The notes: generated by a model from the letters alone, not told the origin. Shown: positions 16,473-27,400, counted from the stretch's first letter. The stretch: DNA of 61,347 nt from a virus (IMGVR_UViG_3300025736_000026:1-61347), one strand, 5' to 3'. Translations and numbers: made by a program.

Positions 16473-17476
16473 GTTTTATAGCCGTCGTAGTGCCCACTAT
16501 ACGTAAAGATTGTATAGAGCGTTTTCTAAAGGAATGGTCTCAAGAATTTACAGAGCAGAATGTGCGCGTATATATTATAGAGGACAATCCTGATATTACT
16601 TTTGATGTTGGAGAACGTTCTTTTAGATACGCACATTATAGTTGGAGGGAGATCGATAAAGATTTAGGCGGTTATTCATGGATAATACCTCGTAAAACTG
16701 ATTGTGTACGTTCATATGGATATTGGAAAGCTTATCAGGATGGAGCTTCTCATATTATTACTCTGGATGATGATTGTTATCCCCCAACGCAGCTTCAATA
16801 TGAGGGGCGAGAAGAGCATCAACCTTATGGAGTGATTGCAAAACATATCGAGCAACTTACAACTCCTGCGAAAGAGAATATTTGGCGTTCTACTATCGAG
16901 GGTTTACGTCCTCGAGGTATTCCGTATAAAAATATTACTAAAGCGCGTCAAGTTATGATTAGCCATGGTTTATGGTTAAACGTACCCGATTTAGACGCTT
17001 TAACACAACTTACGCGTTCGGACAGTTCGTATGTGTACGATTTTATACAGCAGATTGTTCCTTTAGGTTATTACTATCCCATGTGTGGTATGAATGTAGC
17101 TTTTACAAGAGAAGTAGTTCCAGCTATGTATTTTTTACTTATGGGTAAAGGTTACGTTTACGACAGATTTGGTGATATTTGGGCGGGTATTTTTACGAAG
17201 AAAATAGTCGATCATTTAGGCCACGCAGTAGTATCAGGGCTTCCCGTAATATGGCATGAAAGGGCTTCAGATCCTTGGAAGAATTTAGACAAAGAAAAGC
17301 CTGGCTATCACGTTAACGAAAGTTTGTGGGAAATCGTCGATAAAGCCTATTTAAGAGGTACTACTTATTCTGCATGTTATAAAGAGTTAGCTATGCATCT
17401 CGATAAATCTTTGTCGGGTAAATATTGGAATCTTACGACCGCCGCAATGGTGTCTTGGCTAGAACTTTTTGAATAG
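16469..17476 (+). CDS. reversibly glycosylated polypeptide / UDP-arabinopyranose mutase (GT75) homolog
   Basis: TLDDDC, RGIPY, SHGLWLNVPDLDA, PMCGMNVAF, RFGDIWAG match the RGP/UAM family motifs. Confidence 0.88.
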   Translation: MSFIAVVVPTIRKDCIERFLKEWSQEFTEQNVRVYIIEDNPDITFDVGERSFRYAHYSWREIDKDLGGYSWIIPRKTDCVRSYGYWKAYQDGASHIITLDDDCYPPTQLQYEGREEHQPYGVIAKHIEQLTTPAKENIWRSTIEGLRPRGIPYKNITKARQVMISHGLWLNVPDLDALTQLTRSDSSYVYDFIQQIVPLGYYYPMCGMNVAFTREVVPAMYFLLMGKGYVYDRFGDIWAGIFTKKIVDHLGHAVVSGLPVIWHERASDPWKNLDKEKPGYHVNESLWEIVDKAYLRGTTYSACYKELAMHLDKSLSGKYWNLTTAAMVSWLELFE

Positions 17477-17488
17477 GAGAGTTTAGTA

Positions 17489-19078
17489 ATGAAGACAATG
17501 GTTATTTCCTGCTTAGAGCCACATCATTTGAAGAATTGTTTAGATGCTCTTAAGATGTGGTTACCCGAGGAAGAAATTTACGTTCTTAATAATGGTAATA
17601 CGGACTCACGTACGCATAAGATCGCAACTATAGCTCAAGAGGCTCATGTTAATACGATAAGACCTGCGTACGTCGAAGGGCAGAAAAATACTAAGCCTTT
17701 TATACAGCGTATAACTAATGATTTCGCTAAACGCTTCCCCGATGAAGTTATCCTTAAGGTAGACGAAGATAATATACTTATCTCAGAGCGTGATAAATTT
17801 CTCTTTGAGAGGGGAGCATTTTTCTTTCCGGTATCCACTATTAATAATTATACTACGCGTATATTTTTAAAAAAGTTCTGGCCGGATCTTTTGGAGAAGC
17901 TTGAAGAATGTACGTGGATGTGGCACGAGCCTGATCCTATAGAGTTTAAAAATGTTTTATTCGATGCGATCTATGGAGCACACCCGAAAGATCTTATTAA
18001 ATTTACGGAAACTCAGAATACCCGCGAATATATTACGAGTTCGAATTACGAACAATACGCATTAATGAGTGATCGGGGTATTTCAACGCACGCGGTAGCG
18101 TTCCACGCGCAAGATCATATTGATCACTACGGAGAAGATTCTGAGAATCAAGAAATGTATTTTTTCCGTTTGGTACGTGAAGGTAAAATGCATTATGTTG
18201 TAGATCATAGTACTTTTTGTCATCATGTTAATTATCATACTGTGCGTGAACTTGTACAGAAGAAGCCTGAGTTAGTTGAACTTTTTCATAAGCGTATTTT
18301 TGAGTACTACGCGAAGAAGCCCTCCGTAGCTCGTACAGCATCCGTACGTCCGAAAGTCTGCGTAGCGATCGGTTGGTACGCTGACAAAAGAGGCGGTACG
18401 CGTGGTAGTATAGAATTGGCTCCACAGCTGTTTAAACCTCAGTATTTAGCGGAGACTTTGGTCCCGAGGATTAAAACTCAGCTTAATCCTGAAGCTATTC
18501 TATTGTATATATCTGAGTGTGAGGTACCCCCGGATCCTATACCTGAAGGTGTTGAAGTATTACATGGCAAGCGTCATGCTAAGCGTGATACGAGCCCTGG
18601 AAGAACTTCACCCTATATTATGGGAGCCGCTCATGATTGGGGGGCTACTATGATGGCCGGAGCTATGTATGCGTATTGTAACGATTTAGATTATGTCTTT
18701 TATGAACAGGATTGTCTTATACATAATTTTAGGGCTGCATTGGAATGGGCAAGGAATAAACCCATTGTTTACGGTTACGGCAGTCAAGCTTCATTTAAGT
18801 CGGGATGGGCCGAACCTAGTTTTACATTTGTATCTCGAGAATTCTTACCCGAAATGATGCGCCGCTTAAATCAAGGATTGTGGCATCAGTGGAATAAGGG
18901 GCTCGAACGTTTTATAAATCCCGAGATACAGTTTCATAATACCTTCGCAGACATTGCGGAGTACTGGCCTTTTGGACATGGTATGCTACGGCCAATTAAT
19001 TACGATCAAGAGATTTATTTCGCGCAACGTTTCTCGGAAAAAGACTTTTTGGAATTCTTAAAAAAATCCCCTGTGTAA
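17489..19078 (+). CDS. two-domain putative glycosyltransferase (GT-A N-domain + paralog 2 of unrecognised family)
   Basis: N-domain VILKVDED (DxD); C-domain GWYAD...HDWGA...YAYCNDLDYVFYEQDC...WPFGHG. Confidence 0.65.
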   Translation: MKTMVISCLEPHHLKNCLDALKMWLPEEEIYVLNNGNTDSRTHKIATIAQEAHVNTIRPAYVEGQKNTKPFIQRITNDFAKRFPDEVILKVDEDNILISERDKFLFERGAFFFPVSTINNYTTRIFLKKFWPDLLEKLEECTWMWHEPDPIEFKNVLFDAIYGAHPKDLIKFTETQNTREYITSSNYEQYALMSDRGISTHAVAFHAQDHIDHYGEDSENQEMYFFRLVREGKMHYVVDHSTFCHHVNYHTVRELVQKKPELVELFHKRIFEYYAKKPSVARTASVRPKVCVAIGWYADKRGGTRGSIELAPQLFKPQYLAETLVPRIKTQLNPEAILLYISECEVPPDPIPEGVEVLHGKRHAKRDTSPGRTSPYIMGAAHDWGATMMAGAMYAYCNDLDYVFYEQDCLIHNFRAALEWARNKPIVYGYGSQASFKSGWAEPSFTFVSREFLPEMMRRLNQGLWHQWNKGLERFINPEIQFHNTFADIAEYWPFGHGMLRPINYDQEIYFAQRFSEKDFLEFLKKSPV

Positions 19079-19091
19079 AAGAGTGTGTAAT

Positions 19092-20363
19092 ATGCATATA
19101 AATTTGATTAATCCACCCTCACCGCATTTAAAACAGCCTGGAGCTCAAGTGCCTCTGGGTATTTTATACATCGCGGCACAATTAAAAATTTTTAATTATT
19201 CTGTTGAGGTTTTGAATTTAAGTTTTTATATTAAAGAGATCGCAATTGATTTAGTAGAGAAAGCTGATGTTTATGGTATCACGTGCACATCTATGCAACT
19301 ACTGGAGGCTGGGAGATTTGCGAAGCTTATTAAAGAGAAGTTTCCTTTAGCCAAGGTTATTTTAGGTGGTCCTGGTACTATAACACCTGAATATGTTGAT
19401 TGGAGATATGTCGATGCTATAGTAGAAAAAGAGGGTGAATATGCTTTTTTGAAGGTCTTAGATGACATTCAAAAGGGCAGGCTTAAAGAGTATTATGTAG
19501 GAAAGTCCATTCAGAATTTAAGCGTTTTGCCTATCCCTTCTCGAGATTTAATTCGGCATCAAGGTGGTGATATATTTGCGTATGGAAAGAAGTATGACGA
19601 AGGTCAAAGTACGCAGATTCTTACAAGTAGGGGTTGTCCGTTTTCATGCGCTTTCTGTGCAGCTAAAAAATTAAATAAAGGTGTGCGTTTTCGCGATTTA
19701 CGTTCTATAGAAGATGAACTTATTGATATTACACAGAATTACGGAATACATCAGTTAAGAGTTGCTGATGAAAACTTTTTTACAGATCGTAAACGTTGCT
19801 TTTCACTGATTGAATTATTTGCTAAGTATAACATTAAATTTCGTATTTCTACACGTGTAAAACCTTTAGACGAGGAATTATGGCGTACGGCCAAAGAAGG
19901 GGGTTTAAAAGAGTTTTCTTTTGGCGTAGAAAGTTTCGACGATGCGGTCTTAAAAGGTTTAAATAAGAAAGCTACTGCGCTGGATAGCATTAAAGCTTTA
20001 GAACTCGCGCATAGGTTGGGAATTTCTTCGAGAGTTTTATTAATGATTCGTACGCCTTTTCAAACACGCGAAACTGTACGTTTGAATATAGAAGCTTTAA
20101 AAAAAGTACCTTTTAACATTATAGCATGCACACATTTTTTACCTTTACCTGGATGCGATATATGGTACAAACCTGATAAATATCGAATACAGATCGTTGA
20201 TAGAAATCTTGATCATTATAATTTTTACGGTTATGGACCTGAAGGACGCAGACATATTTTAAAGATATTCGAGTATATAGATCGTGATACTACTGAGGTA
20301 AACAGGGAATCAGAAGACTTTTTAACTTACTTGGAAGAATCGGGGAAGGTTAATAAAGGATGA
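19092..20363 (+). CDS. B12-binding radical SAM enzyme (class B methyltransferase-like)
   Basis: PLGILYIAA, VILGGP, TSRGCPFSCAFC (CxxxCxxC), GVES. Confidence 0.92.
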   Translation: MHINLINPPSPHLKQPGAQVPLGILYIAAQLKIFNYSVEVLNLSFYIKEIAIDLVEKADVYGITCTSMQLLEAGRFAKLIKEKFPLAKVILGGPGTITPEYVDWRYVDAIVEKEGEYAFLKVLDDIQKGRLKEYYVGKSIQNLSVLPIPSRDLIRHQGGDIFAYGKKYDEGQSTQILTSRGCPFSCAFCAAKKLNKGVRFRDLRSIEDELIDITQNYGIHQLRVADENFFTDRKRCFSLIELFAKYNIKFRISTRVKPLDEELWRTAKEGGLKEFSFGVESFDDAVLKGLNKKATALDSIKALELAHRLGISSRVLLMIRTPFQTRETVRLNIEALKKVPFNIIACTHFLPLPGCDIWYKPDKYRIQIVDRNLDHYNFYGYGPEGRRHILKIFEYIDRDTTEVNRESEDFLTYLEESGKVNKG

Positions 20364-21058
20364 GAAAAGTAGCTGTTACAGTAGGTTGGTACGCCGACTC
20401 TAAAGGTCACAATAATACAAAAGTGACCTCCCAAGTGCAGACGGCATCTTTTTTAAAGGATACCTGGATGCCGCATATAAGAAAGCAATTGGCTGAGCAT
20501 TTAGGCGCGCTTGTTATATACCAATCTGACTGCGAAATAACAGCTTGGATTCCTCCCGAAAATGATGTCGTGGTTATACGAGGACAACGTTCTCCCACGC
20601 AACACCACCATAACGATTCTGGTGCTACGCAAATGACCGGCGCTATGTATGCTTACTGTAACGAAATGGATTTTATGTTTATTGAACAAGATTGTTTTGT
20701 TGTGGGATTATTAGGCGCCTACAATTGGGCGCGCCAGAACAATGTTAATATAGCATTCAGTACGACGCCGCACTTACAAGATCTTTCGCGGGGCGAACAT
20801 TGTTTTACGTTTGTTTCGTATAAATATTTACCGACTTACATTGATAAATTACTCGCAACACAATGGCATAGTTGGGATACTGGTAGAGGCTTTCCTGAAT
20901 TGAAAATAGAAGAACTCTTTATATGTGATGGAAAACGTTGGCCTTTTGGATACGGACGTATAAGACCTATTAATTGGAATGCTCCTATATTTTATTTCCA
21001 GCAACCCACGCTGGAGGAACTTCAACAAGTAATTTCCCATATGGACAAACACTTTTAA
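20360..21058 (+). CDS. putative GT-A-like glycosyltransferase, unrecognised family (paralog 3)
   Basis: GWYAD...NDSGA...YAYCNEMDFMFIEQDC...WPFGYGR. Confidence 0.6.
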   Translation: MRKVAVTVGWYADSKGHNNTKVTSQVQTASFLKDTWMPHIRKQLAEHLGALVIYQSDCEITAWIPPENDVVVIRGQRSPTQHHHNDSGATQMTGAMYAYCNEMDFMFIEQDCFVVGLLGAYNWARQNNVNIAFSTTPHLQDLSRGEHCFTFVSYKYLPTYIDKLLATQWHSWDTGRGFPELKIEELFICDGKRWPFGYGRIRPINWNAPIFYFQQPTLEELQQVISHMDKHF

Positions 21059-21156
21059 CTTTGTAATTTACTTTGTACGTAATTTTATTAATAGAAATAC
21101 TTACTAAACTAAAAATGGCTAATTAAAGTTTCTATAAAGAGATTTAACCAAGTAAA
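21054..21156 (+). promoter_or_regulatory. composite site copy A
   Basis: AACTTTGTAATTTACTTTGT (ends 21076), then GAGATTTAACCAAGTAAA from 21139. Confidence 0.7.
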
Positions 21157-21189
21157 TTTCGATTTCGCCCATAAACAGGAGTTGTAATC

Positions 21190-22692
21190 ATGCCGCATAG
21201 CAGCGTATCTACAGCGCCTTCGAGTTTGAAAAAGCCTGATGGAGATCATGTATGTAGTGTACCTTTCGATGCACCATTCTCCATTACAAAATATTGGTCA
21301 GAACCTTCGACGAATGCGGAGAAGGGGACCGAGGAAAAGTGGTATATCGAAGGCCGCGCAGTTATTGATAAGATGGATTATCAAAACGATGTAGTGTCTC
21401 CTATTGCGATGCAAACAGCCCTGCCAGATCTTGATATTAATTCCACTGTATTATATAATCATCATAACGACGAAGAAGTGGGTAAGATAGCCGCTTATAA
21501 ATTCTTAGGTGATGCTATTTATATTAAGGTGCTTATTTCGAAAACTCGCGCGGATGTCTGGCAAAAGATTCAAGAAGGCGTTCTTCGAAAGTTTTCCATG
21601 CGCGGGAAAGTTCTTGCGTTTGATATTCGTTATGTACCTCAAATTAATACACTTATTCGTTATATTAAAGCGATGACTATTAATGAAATTTCTATTGTGT
21701 CGGTATCGGCACAGGCTGAAGTAGACTTCAAATGGTATGTTGAGAAGCAAGATCAGCCTATGGCGTACCACATAGAGAAAGCCTTCAAATCATCCCAGGA
21801 AGGAGGTGACACATTTATGAAGAAGGCACGCGAAAAAAAGGCTTCCCCGATTCAAATCGTAAAGGCCGAAGACGGGACGCAGACGATTACACTTCAGGTA
21901 CCTGAAGGGTTTGAGAAAGCCGATGGTGCAGCCGCTGCAGATGCTGTAAATCTGGGTGATATTGAGAAAGCTATCCAGGCTGCCAACACCAACATCGACG
22001 CTATCATTCAAGCCGCAGGCCAGGTACCCGAGGATGCTACGGATGCGATCAAAGCTCTGTTCGGCAAAATCGGCGAAGCCGCCGAAGCGCTTAAAAAGAG
22101 TGGCGTAAGCGCAGAAGAAGATCCCGCCGCTCAAAAAGCCTCGGAGGAAGAAAAACCCTCCGGAAATACGCTCCAGATTGTACTGCCCGGCAATGCAGCT
22201 GTAACGCAAAAAGCCGACGAAGCCGCCGCGGAGGAAAAGCCTCCGAAGACGGATCTCACCGCGGACATCCTGGCCGATGCGAATTTCCAGAAGGCTTTAC
22301 TGGGCTACGTTGAAAAGGGCCTAAGCATGGACGAAGCCATTTCCAAGGCCTCAGAAGACCTGCAGAAGGCCAGCGAAGCCGCAGCCGGCGATCAAACCGG
22401 GATTGTCAAATCCCTGGTAGATGCGCTCGCGAAAAAAGACCAGCATTCCGAAACCGTCAACACGGCGGTGACACAGCTGGCAGAAATCGTAAGCGGACAG
22501 TCCGCTTTGATCGATACCCTGCAAAAATCCGTTAATGCTATCCCGATCCGGAAGGGTCTACAGCTTACCGATGAGCAGGTTGAGACAGAGCGCGACGGAA
22601 TCGCTAAATCCTTGGAGGGCAAAGAACCTCGGGATCAGTTAATGACGATCCTGTCTTACGCCCTCAAAGACCAAATGCAGCCAACGACTTGA
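21190..22692 (+). CDS. prohead protease fused to scaffold
   Basis: IEG, VLYNH, GVLRKFSMRG, EISIVSV are HK97-type protease motifs; Ala/Glu/Lys-rich C-terminus. Confidence 0.88.
   Translation: MPHSSVSTAPSSLKKPDGDHVCSVPFDAPFSITKYWSEPSTNAEKGTEEKWYIEGRAVIDKMDYQNDVVSPIAMQTALPDLDINSTVLYNHHNDEEVGKIAAYKFLGDAIYIKVLISKTRADVWQKIQEGVLRKFSMRGKVLAFDIRYVPQINTLIRYIKAMTINEISIVSVSAQAEVDFKWYVEKQDQPMAYHIEKAFKSSQEGGDTFMKKAREKKASPIQIVKAEDGTQTITLQVPEGFEKADGAAAADAVNLGDIEKAIQAANTNIDAIIQAAGQVPEDATDAIKALFGKIGEAAEALKKSGVSAEEDPAAQKASEEEKPSGNTLQIVLPGNAAVTQKADEAAAEEKPPKTDLTADILADANFQKALLGYVEKGLSMDEAISKASEDLQKASEAAAGDQTGIVKSLVDALAKKDQHSETVNTAVTQLAEIVSGQSALIDTLQKSVNAIPIRKGLQLTDEQVETERDGIAKSLEGKEPRDQLMTILSYALKDQMQPTT
21817..22692 (+). 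CDS. nested in-frame scaffolding protein
   Basis: AAGGAGGTGA SD before in-frame ATG 21817; codon usage shifts to GC-rich here. Confidence 0.7.
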   Translation: MKKAREKKASPIQIVKAEDGTQTITLQVPEGFEKADGAAAADAVNLGDIEKAIQAANTNIDAIIQAAGQVPEDATDAIKALFGKIGEAAEALKKSGVSAEEDPAAQKASEEEKPSGNTLQIVLPGNAAVTQKADEAAAEEKPPKTDLTADILADANFQKALLGYVEKGLSMDEAISKASEDLQKASEAAAGDQTGIVKSLVDALAKKDQHSETVNTAVTQLAEIVSGQSALIDTLQKSVNAIPIRKGLQLTDEQVETERDGIAKSLEGKEPRDQLMTILSYALKDQMQPTT

Positions 22693-22709
22693 GAGGAGGT
22701 GAGTTAGCA

Positions 22710-23639
22710 ATGGTCGACATCCGCAAATCTTTGGGCACTGATGACGCCGGAACGGTTCTTATCCAGCCGGAAATCGATAAGGTATTGCAACACCTCGTCG
22801 AGTTCAAGAATCCGCTGCGTCAGAATTTACCCCGAAAAAGTGGATCAGGTCCTTCCTGGTATTTGAATCGTCGAACGCCTGGCACCACAGGTGCACAGTT
22901 CGTCGCCGATAAGGATACGATCGACGAGGATCAGGGTAGTTACGCCCGTGTTGAGTTTCCTTACAAGACTATTGCCGCAAAGGGCAAAGTCACACGTAAG
23001 ATGCAAGCTATCGGGCGGAGTTACATCGATGTCCTCGCTGAGGAAATCGAGGCTCGCGTAGTCGAATTCAAGGACTACGATGATTGGGCCCTATTCCGTG
23101 GAAGTATCACCAGCAGCGCCAATCAGTACGACGGATTGGACATCCTGGTCACTCAGACGGTATCATGTGCCACTACGACAAGTGCCGGTCCGATGACGCT
23201 GGCAAAACTGGATCAAGCTATCGATACTTGTTCCGGGGATCCTAATATGATCATCGCGTCGAAGCGATCGCGCCGGGTACTCAATCAACTCCTGCAGTCC
23301 CAGCAGCGCTTCGTAAATATCGTTGAAGTCCGCGGCGGTTTTAAAGTCATGACTTACAACGGTATCCCGATCTTTACGTCCACGAACATCCTCGATACGA
23401 TGTTAATGGCTTCGGGAGGCGCCTCGGTAGCGGCATACACAGGTGGGGATGCTTCGTCACTATACATCCTGGACACCGAGTTTGCCTGGGTCGGGGAATT
23501 AACGCCCCTCACGATCGAACCCCTGGCGAAAACCAGCTCGCAGTTTGACGAGTTCGATCTGTATTGTGATGAAGCGCTCGTTATTGCCAACGCAGAGAAG
23601 CATGTGCGTTTGATCGGAATCAGCGGCAGCACTTCATAA
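22710..23639 (+). CDS. major capsid protein (HK97 fold)
   Basis: GAGGAGGTGA RBS; QYDGL, YNGIPI, PLAKT motifs; follows protease/scaffold. Confidence 0.9.
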   Translation: MVDIRKSLGTDDAGTVLIQPEIDKVLQHLVEFKNPLRQNLPRKSGSGPSWYLNRRTPGTTGAQFVADKDTIDEDQGSYARVEFPYKTIAAKGKVTRKMQAIGRSYIDVLAEEIEARVVEFKDYDDWALFRGSITSSANQYDGLDILVTQTVSCATTTSAGPMTLAKLDQAIDTCSGDPNMIIASKRSRRVLNQLLQSQQRFVNIVEVRGGFKVMTYNGIPIFTSTNILDTMLMASGGASVAAYTGGDASSLYILDTEFAWVGELTPLTIEPLAKTSSQFDEFDLYCDEALVIANAEKHVRLIGISGSTS

Positions 23640-23699
23640 TTCGGTAACTGGATGACGTGCATGACGCGATAGTATCCGAATTGATAGGAGAAGGTAAAT

Positions 23700-23954
23700 A
23701 TGATTTATATGAAGCATACACCCAGTAATGGAATTGAAGTCAAAGTTCCTTTTAAGGAAACTTTTTACGACGGCGCAATCGATATTGTAAACTCGGTATG
23801 CGAAATTCCCGACGACAAATTTCTCTGGGCTCGACGCCTTGAAGGCTTAGGTTTTAAGTACACCGATGAAAAACAATTTCGACAGGCCCGTGGTTTGCTG
23901 TCTGAGGAAACAGTGCAAACTGAACCCTCTAAAATGCCGAGACAGCCGAGGTAG
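23700..23954 (+). CDS. hypothetical head-module protein
   Basis: 84 aa, RBS present. Confidence 0.65.
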   Translation: MIYMKHTPSNGIEVKVPFKETFYDGAIDIVNSVCEIPDDKFLWARRLEGLGFKYTDEKQFRQARGLLSEETVQTEPSKMPRQPR

Positions 23955-23958
23955 CCTG

Positions 23959-24029
23959 TTAAGAACTCCGGAGCTACTGCAAGTAACTCGGTGGTATACT
24001 TGCAGAGTAAACTCTGGAGGGTCTCTTAA
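23959..24029 (+). other. long imperfect intergenic hairpin
   Basis: TTAAGA/TCTTAA, CTCCGGAG/CTCTGGAG and TGCAAGTA/TACTTGCA nested pairings. Confidence 0.6.
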
Positions 24030-24043
24030 TAAGGAGTTTACCG

Positions 24044-24427
24044 ATGGCGAATGAAATTGCTGCAAGGGATTCGAACCATGTACCCGCTTTACTGGCGTAT
24101 ACAGGTTCTGGTATTAAGATGCTTCGTTGTGATACTAACGGGCGTCTTCTCGTAAGTACAGCTGCATGTTCTAATACACCTGAGCATCACAATGGCTCAG
24201 TTGGCCTTACAGCCGCTACTATTACCCTCGGCGGTACTTCCGTAAACCTTAATATCCATAATACACATGCTAGTAATAATCTACTCGTATCCTTCGATGC
24301 TGGGACTACCTTTTATACGCTCGAGACAGGCTCGTATTGGAACGTTGAGCTTAGCGTAGCCTCTTTTAAAATGAAGGGTAGTGGTGCGGGTACAACTTAT
24401 GAAATCGTAGCCGTAGTGGCTTCTTAA
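24044..24427 (+). CDS. putative virion (decoration-like) beta protein
   Basis: Gly/Thr/Ser-rich, beta-prone; position after MCP. Confidence 0.6.
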   Translation: MANEIAARDSNHVPALLAYTGSGIKMLRCDTNGRLLVSTAACSNTPEHHNGSVGLTAATITLGGTSVNLNIHNTHASNNLLVSFDAGTTFYTLETGSYWNVELSVASFKMKGSGAGTTYEIVAVVAS

Positions 24428-24450
24428 TAGATTTTTGACGGAGGTAAATC

Positions 24451-27400
24451 ATGAAACGCGTAATTATAGGGTTATGTATTTTAGCCCTTTGCGGTGTAAG
24501 CTCCGGGCAGTCCCGAGATCCGAAGAAAGTGATCGAAAAAGCCACGTCACTGTCCTTGCGAGGTAATTTCGGTTTTGCCGGTGAGAACGCGCGCTTCGGC
24601 GTGCCGGGTTTTGCTTCAGCTCCAGGAACTACATTGAGCAATGGGATGTTTTATTACAATTCCGTTGCGCATAAGTTCTACGGCTACATAGGTGGAGTTT
24701 GGACAGAGATGTCAAGTGGTGGTACCGTTTCATACCCTATAGCTTTAGGCTTGGGAGGTACTGGTGTTGCTCTTGCAAATGGTACAGCTGGTCAGATTAT
24801 GCGTTCATCTGGAGCAGGAGCAGTCACTTGGAGCACAGCAACATACCCTACATCAGTAGGCGCATATGAAATATTATATGGTACTTCAGCCAATATAGTT
24901 GGAAGTTTGGGTATTGGAACTGCAAACTATCTTTTGGCAGTAAATGCGACAACCAATGGTTATGTATGGAAGAACCCGGCAGACTTTGAGCCTGTTGTAA
25001 GTTTAACTGCGAGTAGAGCTTTGGTGTCAACTGCTGGAGGGGCGTTGGGTGTATCAGCTACAACCGCAACGGAAATAGGGTATGTATCTGGTTTAAGTGG
25101 TGCTGTTCAAGGTCAAATTGATGGGAAGGAGCCGGCATTAAGTAAAAGTAATTTAACAGGAACGACTCCTGTCAATGTTTCTAACTCCCCACAGATTATG
25201 GGAGTGTCTGCTTCTGCAATTACAATAGATGATGCAGATGCTAATGGAGCAACCAAAGGTGCTGCAGCATTCGCAACAAATGATTTTGATGCAGCAGCAG
25301 GAGTAATTTCTATTGATTATACAAATGGGCAAGCAGCAGCCACTGGGGTAAAGGGGTTTTTAACAGGCGGAGACTGGGATACATTTAATAGTAAAAGTGA
25401 TTTTGACCCATCAAGTACTTTTACTGTAGGTGCAACGGGTTGTGATTATACTACAATTCAAGCGGCAATTACAGCAGGTTCTGGTGGAGAGACAATTCTT
25501 GTTTTTCCTGGGACGTATACAGAAACAATAACATTTGATATTGATAGTGTGAGCATTATTGGGATGGGGCATGGTCAAAATATTATTTTGACTCAAGCGG
25601 ATGCCAACATCGTTGATTTTGCCACTTTTACACACAATTCCATTTCTAATATGGCTATTCAATTAACAGCGCCGACGGACGGTACTAAAGATGCGATTAC
25701 AATTAGTACTGGTTCGGCCAGTGTACGCGAATGTGCATTATATCTTGCAACAGCGTCAGCAATTGCCGGTGTGGATCAGCCACATATTGCAAATGTAACA
25801 GGGGCCGGGACGTTAAATATCCATAGAGGGAAAGCGATATATAGACATACAGGCGCAACTACTAATGGGATGAAGACGCCGTTTTATTGTGGTGCAGGAG
25901 CGACTCTTAACTTATACAAGATATCTAACATTGATATTGATAATAGTGGAACGGCAACTGCATCGGGAATCTTTGCTCACACCACAACAGGTACAATAGA
26001 TATGAATTTCTGTACTGCGGATGTAGACGATAATGATGCAACGTTTACAGTTGGTTTTGGGTATATTGCAGGTACAGCAACAACACTTGAATATTCTTAT
26101 AATGATATACATGTTCATGCACATGACAATAATGCGTATGGTATTTATGTTTTGAGTGCAGAGATTAGATTAATGTTTAACCATATCCACGTGGAGGAAG
26201 ATGGTACCGGTGCTGCATATGGATTAGTGGAAGCGGGTTCTGGAACCATAGACAGTCAATTGGATGATATTGTGGCATTAGGAGGATCATCTGGAAATAT
26301 TGTTTATGTACATTCAACGGCGGATGGAGATTTTGGGGTTTCCGGCACCCTTAGTGCTACGCGTACAATGGGTGTCACTCCCAATGATGCACTTGGTTTA
26401 AGGTTACAGAATACCACAAATGCAGCGGCTGGAGCACAGCAATGGAGTCCAGGTTTAACAATGCAGGCTAATGGATGGAAAACAGATGCAACAGCAGCAA
26501 GCCAGCCAGTTGAGTTTATGTTGGATGCTCGATCAGTACAAGACGCTGCGGCGCCAACTGGGTACTGGGGTGTTTACCCCTCAATAAATAATGCGGCGTA
26601 CAGTGCAACACCGGCTCTTTCGGTTTTATCTAGCGGTAACGTCGGCATTGGGACAATAAGTGCTCTCGGGCATTTAAATATAGAAACTTCTGTTACTAAT
26701 GCCGCATCAGGAAATTCGTATGGCTTTAGAAATATCGTAACTAAAACGACGTCAACAGGTGATAGAACCATATCAGCATTTAGCAATGTTGTCTCGGCGG
26801 GAACTGATGGTAGTTGTGTAGGCCTTTGGGGAGTGGATATCCAAATCAACAATGAAAGTACTGGGACAGTTCCAAACCTTTATAGTACATATAATGGTAT
26901 TTTAATAGGTTCTGCTTCTGCAAGTACTGCTGCGTACGGTACTAAAACTTATATTAACAACGAAGGACTTACTACAAATGCTTATGGCAATAATATATAC
27001 GTACGCAATAACTCCAATAATGCTGTTTTGACAAATGCTTATGGAGATTACATTTATGTGCAAAACAGTCGTGGAGTTCTTAGCAACGCTTTTGGTGTAT
27101 ATATAGAAGATGTTCAGGGAGATACACTTTCATACGGTATATATCAGGCTGGTGGAGATGATAATTATTTCAGTGGAAATACAGGTTTCGGGACAGCGTT
27201 TCCAGAAGCAGCTTTACATATATTGAATTCAACAGCTCCGCAACAAATATGGACACATACTAATGGAGCGGATAGTTTAACACTTGGAGTTGATGGTGAT
27301 GGTGATGCCACATTAACACCTAGCGGTGGTGATTTGAGTGTAGCAGGTAATTTTGCAGCTACTACGTACGAAACGGATGTATCTGCGGCGGAGTTGGGAT

